DNA of 64,000 nt from Rikenellaceae bacterium (GTDB lineage Bacteria > Bacteroidota > Bacteroidia > Bacteroidales > Rikenellaceae), in the NCBI GenBank assembly GCA_031552535.1, contig JAVBMJ010000041.1:1-64000 (forward strand), written 5' to 3'. The notes under the pieces are model-generated. The model saw nothing but the letters and a program-made list of their open reading frames with translations, made no database searches and was not told the DNA's origin. Shown piece after piece: positions 58,530 to 64,000 of this stretch. The position numbers were made by a program, and so were the translations under genes. Each line of letters starts with the position of its first letter. The first letter of the stretch is position 1.

Positions 58530-60728
58530 GTGCTTATGAGAACCGGATCCTTTCTGTTGCCTGCGTTGTGTTTATGCGCGGTTGCCTCCATGGCGGGGCA
58601 ACCCGGCGCATGGGATATCCGTAACGATGGCAGAACTATTGCGGCAGATTGGCTGGTGGAGCCTGTGGCGGAGAGAGCGGGTGTCTATACCGGCGAAGGC
58701 GGGACAGAGTTGGTGCTGTATAACGGTCTGGTAAAGCGGACATTCCGCATCGAACCCGACGCTGCATGCATCGAATACCGGAATATGACCGACGGGCGGC
58801 AGGTGATCCGGGCCGTGAAACCCGAAGCGCGTGTAACCATTGACGGACAGGAATACAACGTCGGAGGACTCTACGGTCAGAAGCAGAACGCATATATGCT
58901 CAGGCAATGGCCCGGAGAGATGGAGCGTGGACGGGAAGGGTTCCATTTCGTGTCGTACGTCTCGGGTCCCGCCATACCGCATATCGACTGGCGTCCGGGG
59001 CGGTGGTGGTTGCCCGGGGAGTGTGGACAGGCTGCGGGCGTGAGGCTGTCGTTGCGCTTCGCGTCGCAGGAGTTGGAAGACGTGGATGTTTACGTACATT
59101 ACGAAATATACGACGCTTTGCCGCTGATGTGCAAGTGGGTGTCGGTGGAAAACCGTTCGGGGGCGCCGCTGAAGATAGGCCGGGTAGTGAACGAAATACT
59201 GGCGGTGGCGGAGGAGCAGAGCGCCGTGTTTGGACGGACGGAGGATATGGCGCGGCCATCACATATTTATGTGGAGACCGACTATGCCTTCAATAACGCG
59301 ATGTGCTACGAGCTGAGCGACCAGACCGCGCATTGGATCGCCGACAGCACATACACCTCACAGGTGAACTATGATTTGCGGACTCCGTGTCTGCTGGAGG
59401 TTTACCCTGAGCAAGCTCCGGGGATCACGCTCGCCCGTGGCGGGGTGTTCAAATCGGTGAGGACATACGAATTGCTGCACGACAGCTACGACCGCGACCG
59501 GCGGGGACTGGCCGTGCGGCGGATGTACCGCGCGATTGCCCCATGGACCGCGGGCAACCCGGTATTCATGCATCTTGTAAGCCGTACAGACAGGGAGGTT
59601 TATGAGGCTATAGACCAATGTGCCGCCACGGGCTACGAAGCGCTGATATTGAGTTTCGGGTCGCACCTTAAGATGGAAAACCCCTCGCCGGAGAATCATT
59701 CGAAATGGAAAGCCGTGGCCGGATATGCCCACTCGAAAGATATTCTGATCGGGGGTTACACCTTATTCAGTTCCCGTAGCATAGACGCTGAAACGGATGT
59801 GATAGATCTGCAGACTGGAAAGCCCGGCGGGGCATTCTTCGGTAACGCCCCGTGTTTTTGCAGCCGTTGGGGATTGGATTACCGCGACAATATAATCGCG
59901 TTTTTCAAAAATACGGGATTCGATATCCTTGAGATGGACGGTCCCTATCCGGGCGACCTTTGCGCTTCGACTTCCCATCCCGGCCACGAGGGGCTGGACG
60001 ACTCGCAATGGAGGCAGATGGAGGTGCAGAAAAGTCTGTTTCACTGGATGGCTGCCAATGGGGTCTACGTAAATACTCCCGACTGGTACTTCCTCGACGG
60101 CACCAATAAAACAGGCCTGGGCTACAGGGAGACCAACTTTGCATTGCCGCGCGCGGAACAGAAGATATTGAACCGGCAGAATATTTACGACGGCACGTGG
60201 GAAAAGACCCCTTCGATGGGATGGGGTTTCGTTCCCCTGACGCAATACCACGGCGGCGGGGCCGATGCCGTTTTGGAACCTTTGTCGGAACATCTCGATG
60301 ACTACCGCCGGTTGATGATGCAGTATTACGGAGCCGGTGTGCAGGCTTGCTTCCGGGGCCCGCGGCTATACGACACCGAAGAGACGCGCCGGACGGTGGC
60401 GGAGGTTGTCGAATGGTACAAAAAATACCGGCGCATACTCAATGCCGATATCATCCACCTGCGCCGCGCCGACGGACGCGACTGGGACGGCATAATGCAT
60501 GTCGATCCGGAGGGTGTGGAGAAGGGACTGATTATGCTTTATAATCCGTTGGAGGAGACGATCACGCGCACTATAAAGTTGCCGATGTATTACACCGGAC
60601 TCGATAAGTCGGCGCGCATAAGGGAACAGGAGGGACGTGTGGCGAAGTATGGGATAGGACGCGATTACACTGTGGATTTTACGTTTACGTTGGGCCCCGG
60701 CGGATATTCATGGTATGTGGTGGAGTAG
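58530..60728 (+). CDS. Secreted protein of uncertain family, probably a glycoside hydrolase (operonic with GH20/GH92)
   Basis: 732 aa with signal peptide. No motif I can assign confidently to a CAZy family. Placement between GH20 and GH92 suggests a glycan-processing role. Confidence 0.35.
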   Translation: MLMRTGSFLLPALCLCAVASMAGQPGAWDIRNDGRTIAADWLVEPVAERAGVYTGEGGTELVLYNGLVKRTFRIEPDAACIEYRNMTDGRQVIRAVKPEARVTIDGQEYNVGGLYGQKQNAYMLRQWPGEMERGREGFHFVSYVSGPAIPHIDWRPGRWWLPGECGQAAGVRLSLRFASQELEDVDVYVHYEIYDALPLMCKWVSVENRSGAPLKIGRVVNEILAVAEEQSAVFGRTEDMARPSHIYVETDYAFNNAMCYELSDQTAHWIADSTYTSQVNYDLRTPCLLEVYPEQAPGITLARGGVFKSVRTYELLHDSYDRDRRGLAVRRMYRAIAPWTAGNPVFMHLVSRTDREVYEAIDQCAATGYEALILSFGSHLKMENPSPENHSKWKAVAGYAHSKDILIGGYTLFSSRSIDAETDVIDLQTGKPGGAFFGNAPCFCSRWGLDYRDNIIAFFKNTGFDILEMDGPYPGDLCASTSHPGHEGLDDSQWRQMEVQKSLFHWMAANGVYVNTPDWYFLDGTNKTGLGYRETNFALPRAEQKILNRQNIYDGTWEKTPSMGWGFVPLTQYHGGGADAVLEPLSEHLDDYRRLMMQYYGAGVQACFRGPRLYDTEETRRTVAEVVEWYKKYRRILNADIIHLRRADGRDWDGIMHVDPEGVEKGLIMLYNPLEETITRTIKLPMYYTGLDKSARIREQEGRVAKYGIGRDYTVDFTFTLGPGGYSWYVVE

Positions 60729-60850
60729 GCAGGTTGTTTACAGTGCAGCTACAACCGGCTTAAACAGAATATATTAAGTGGTTTATTAGAGTGGCGCCTT
60801 TGACGATTTAAATTATAATGGAAGGATTAAATCATATAAAACGATCAGAG

Positions 60851-63058
60851 ATGAAGGCTAAATTTTTGGCAATGGCGGCGCTTGCGGTGTTCGCGGTGTC
60901 GTGTACGGACAAGAACACGGAAGGGAACTTTACTCAGTATGTCGACCCGTATATCGGTACGGGCGGGCACGGTCATGTATTTATGGGTGCCTGTGTCCCG
61001 TTCGGGCTCGTGCAGCTCGGGCCGACCAGTATTCCCCAGACATGGGACTGGACCTCGGGGTACCATATTTCGGATACCACGGTAACGGGATTCAGCCATC
61101 TGCACCTGAGCGGTACGGGCATAGGTGATTTGAGCGACATTTCGTTCATGCCTGTCACAGGCGACGTGACATTGGGGCGCGGCAATGAAGCCGATCAGCA
61201 AAGCGGCCACTGGTCGTACTTTTCGAGGGCCAACGAGAAAAGCCGTGCGGGATACTACGCCACACGTCTCGACCGCTACGGGGTCGACGTCGAGCTTACG
61301 GCGACCAAGCGTGTCGGGTTCCATAAGTATACTTTCCCCACCGGTGCGGCAGATGCGCGGGTAGTGATCGACCTTGAGAACGGGACGTGCTGGGATGCTC
61401 CCGTGGAAGGGTATATCGTTCAGGAGAACGATACGGTGATCTCGGGTTACCGTTACTCTACGGGATGGGCCAGGAACCAGAGGATATATTTTACAGCACA
61501 CTTCTCGCAGCCTATCCGTAAATTTGTCGTTTCCGAGGGTAACGACCGCCGCGAAGGCGGAATGCTCAAGGCGCAACGGGTTTATGGTCAGGCGTGGTTC
61601 GATGTCGATGCGTCGAAGCCGCTGTATGTGAAAGTAGCACTCTCGCCGGTCGACATCGACGGGGCGCGGGCCAATATGAAAGCCGAACTTCCGGGCTGGG
61701 ATTTTGCCGGGGCAATCGGGGCCGCAGACTGTGCATGGAACAGCGAACTTGGTAAGATAAAGATAAAAACCTCTGATGCCGGGGCCAGGAAAGTTTTCTA
61801 TACGTCGTTGTACCATACGATGATAGCGCCGTCGGAGTTCTGCGACGTGCGGGGCGACTACCGTGGTTCCGACAGCACTATACATGTAGGCGATTTTGTG
61901 AACTACACCACCTTCTCGTTGTGGGACACCTACCGTGCGGCACACCCCCTGATGACGATCATTCATCCCGAAAAAGTGGACGACGTGATAAACACGATGA
62001 TCCACATATATAAGGAGCAGGGCAAACTTCCCGTGTGGCACTTTATGGCGTGCGAGACCGATTGCATGGTGGGTAATCCGGCTATACCGGTAGTGGCCGA
62101 CGCCATATTGAAGGGCTACAAGGGATTCGACCACGAGTTGGCTTACGAGGCGATGAAAACCTCGGCCATGCTCGACGAACGCGGGTTGGCGCAACTCAAA
62201 CGCTACGGCTACATCCCTTACGACAGCATCTATGAGTCGGTGGCCCGCTGTATGGAATATGCCATCGCCGACTGGTCGCTGGCTCAGGTGGCGGCCAAAA
62301 TGAATAAGACGACCGACTACAGCTATTTCTCACAACGCAGCAAATCGTATGCGCACTATTTCGACCGCAAGTCGGGATTCATCCGCGGGCTGTCGACCGA
62401 GGGTAAAAAACGCACGCCGTTTAATCCGTTCGAGTCGATCCATGAACAGAACGACTTCACCGAAGGGAACGCATGGCAGTATACATGGCTGGTGCCTCAC
62501 GATGTGGACGGATTGGTCAGTTTGTTCGGTGGCCGTGAGCGGTTTATCGAAAAACTCGATTCGCTGTTTATTGTCGAGGGCTACATGGGTGACCACGCTT
62601 CGCCCGACATCAGCGGGTTGATAGGGCAGTATGCCCACGGCAATGAACCGAGCCACCACGTGGTGTATATGTACAATATGGTTGGGCAGCCGTGGAAGAC
62701 GGCGGAACTTGTCCGCCGGATATTGACCACGCTCTACCACGATGCGCCCGACGGTTTGTGCGGCAACGAGGATGTGGGCCAGATGTCGGCATGGTATGTT
62801 CTTTCGTCGATGGGATTCTATCAGGTCGAACCGGCCGGCGGGCGCTATATATTCGGTAGCCCGCTGTTCGACGAGGCGGAGATCAACGTCGGCGGAGGCA
62901 AGACCTTCAAAATTGTAGCCGTTAACAACAGCGCCGAAAATAAATACATCCAAAGTGTGAAACTCAACGGCCGTACCTACGACAAAAATTATATCGCTTT
63001 CGAAGATATAATGAACGGCGGCAAACTTGAGTTCACGATGGGGAATACGCATCAGTAG
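60851..63058 (+). CDS. GH92 alpha-mannosidase (alpha-1,2-mannosidase family)
   Basis: GH92 N-terminal hallmark YVDPYIGTGGHGHVFMGA...GLVQLGPT, full-length conservation and lipoprotein signal AVSC. The start is set at MKAKFLA; the ORF is open from 60818. Confidence 0.88.
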   Translation: MKAKFLAMAALAVFAVSCTDKNTEGNFTQYVDPYIGTGGHGHVFMGACVPFGLVQLGPTSIPQTWDWTSGYHISDTTVTGFSHLHLSGTGIGDLSDISFMPVTGDVTLGRGNEADQQSGHWSYFSRANEKSRAGYYATRLDRYGVDVELTATKRVGFHKYTFPTGAADARVVIDLENGTCWDAPVEGYIVQENDTVISGYRYSTGWARNQRIYFTAHFSQPIRKFVVSEGNDRREGGMLKAQRVYGQAWFDVDASKPLYVKVALSPVDIDGARANMKAELPGWDFAGAIGAADCAWNSELGKIKIKTSDAGARKVFYTSLYHTMIAPSEFCDVRGDYRGSDSTIHVGDFVNYTTFSLWDTYRAAHPLMTIIHPEKVDDVINTMIHIYKEQGKLPVWHFMACETDCMVGNPAIPVVADAILKGYKGFDHELAYEAMKTSAMLDERGLAQLKRYGYIPYDSIYESVARCMEYAIADWSLAQVAAKMNKTTDYSYFSQRSKSYAHYFDRKSGFIRGLSTEGKKRTPFNPFESIHEQNDFTEGNAWQYTWLVPHDVDGLVSLFGGRERFIEKLDSLFIVEGYMGDHASPDISGLIGQYAHGNEPSHHVVYMYNMVGQPWKTAELVRRILTTLYHDAPDGLCGNEDVGQMSAWYVLSSMGFYQVEPAGGRYIFGSPLFDEAEINVGGGKTFKIVAVNNSAENKYIQSVKLNGRTYDKNYIAFEDIMNGGKLEFTMGNTHQ

Positions 63059-63180
63059 TGGGGTGTATTTCATGATTTTGCAACTCTGGGGAGGCGTTTA
63101 CGGTCTCCCCGGAGGTGTATTTGGAAATTTATTCCCGGGCGGTGAACCGTCTTCTGAAAAATATATAAGACATGATTTCG

Positions 63181-64000
63181 AAAATATCTGTATTGGGGGT
63201 TATGGCGGCGGCAATAGTGGCTGTATCATGCGGGGATAATGTCCCTAAGTACAAAGATGCTTCGCTTGGCCCGGCGGATAGGGCGCGCGATCTGGTGGGG
63301 CGCATGACCCTGGAAGAAAAGATCGGACAGTTGATTTCGCCCTACGGCTGGGAGATGTTCGAACGGCGGGGCGAAGAGGTGGTGCTGACCGACCACTTCA
63401 GGGAGACTGTCGGCGAGCGTCATGCGGGAATGTTCTGGGGGACTTTCCGGGCCGACCCATGGACGCGGCGCGACCTGGAGACGGGGCTCGATCCACATAT
63501 GGCGGCCCGGCTGGCAAATATGATGCAGCGCTACGTGGTGGAGAACACGCGCCTGGGGATTCCGCTGTTCCTGGCCGAGGAAGCTCCTCACGGCCATATG
63601 GCTATAGGAGCCACGGTGTTTCCCACAGCCATAGGCCAGGCTTCTACGTGGAATCCGGCCCTCATTGAGCGTATGGGAGGACTCATATCGCGGGAGATAA
63701 GGTTGCAGGGAGGACATATAAGCTACGGGCCGGTGCTCGACATCTCGCGCGACCCGCGCTGGTCGCGGGTGGAGGAGTGTTATGGAGAGGACCCTGTTCT
63801 GACGGCGCTTATGGGCGCGGCTTTCGTGCGCGGGTCGGGCGGAGGCAACCTTGCATTGCCCGGCAGCACGGTCTCGACGCTCAAACATTTTATAGCTTAC
63901 GGGGTATCAGACGGAGGGCAGAACGGGGGGAGCAACCTGATAGGTGAACGCGAACTTAGAAGCGTCTACCTGCCGCCGTTCAAGGCTGCTGTCGATGCCG
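63181..64000 (+). CDS. GH3 family glycosidase (beta-glucosidase / beta-hexosaminidase-like), 5' part; runs off window end
   Basis: Lipoprotein signal ...AVSCG. GH3 N-domain blocks GMFWGTF, LGIPLF..EE and KHFIAYG. Absent from the ORF table because no stop is reached. Confidence 0.75.

Overview
This 64-kb window looks like a chromosomal segment from a Bacteroidetes/Bacteroidales-type genome. Evidence is the gene content (DUF4492-cydAB, NfeD-flotillin, GH92/GH20/GH29/GH3 glycan-degrading enzymes, TonB-independent lipoproteins) and one TAnnTTTG -7-type promoter motif; the sequence is moderately GC-rich. The left third carries housekeeping genes: a GNAT, pbpC, a four-subunit 2-oxoacid:ferredoxin oxidoreductase operon, a YjbR-like gene, fabG, glyA, and an NfeD-flotillin pair. 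The centre, about 11.4-31.4 kb and all on the minus strand, is a roughly 20-kb surface-polysaccharide (capsule/O-antigen type) locus. It begins with a WecA-like initiating transferase and contains Wzx and Wzy, two GT4 glycosyltransferases, a UDP-L-FucNAc-type pathway (FnlA, a cupin plus SDR that together look like a split CapF, and FnlC), and an acyl-tailoring module (KAS III-like, SDR, FemAB/GNAT, CE4 deacetylase). Most notably it holds a compact phosphonate cassette: a Fom1-like cytidylyltransferase-PEP mutase fusion, phosphonopyruvate decarboxylase, an Fe-type alcohol dehydrogenase and a LicD-family transferase. Together these predict a glycan decorated with 2-hydroxyethylphosphonate via CMP-HEP. 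Downstream are DUF4492-cydAB, sugE, gpsA, pgi, mgsA, a GT39(ArnT-like)-GtrA-FAD oxidoreductase operon, tRNA-Gln, a family-6-like DNA glycosylase, a large transglutaminase-like lipoprotein and a hybrid PAS/GAF sensor kinase. There is also an EF-G paralog with degenerate GTPase motifs, followed by an N-glycan-type glycosidase cluster (GH29, GH20, a protein of unknown family, GH92, partial GH3). Non-coding structure is rich. A ~220-bp TIR-bounded repeat is present in two copies (one truncated by the window start). A family of short modular intergenic repeats (AGTCTGTCTAA / AAACTGTTTAA) occurs in at least 8 copies, mostly just 3' of genes. There is an inverted-repeat-bounded ~230-bp element upstream of pbpC, a perfect 24-nt palindrome abutting a start codon, and several clear intrinsic terminators. 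No CRISPR arrays, rRNA genes, integrases or transposases were seen.
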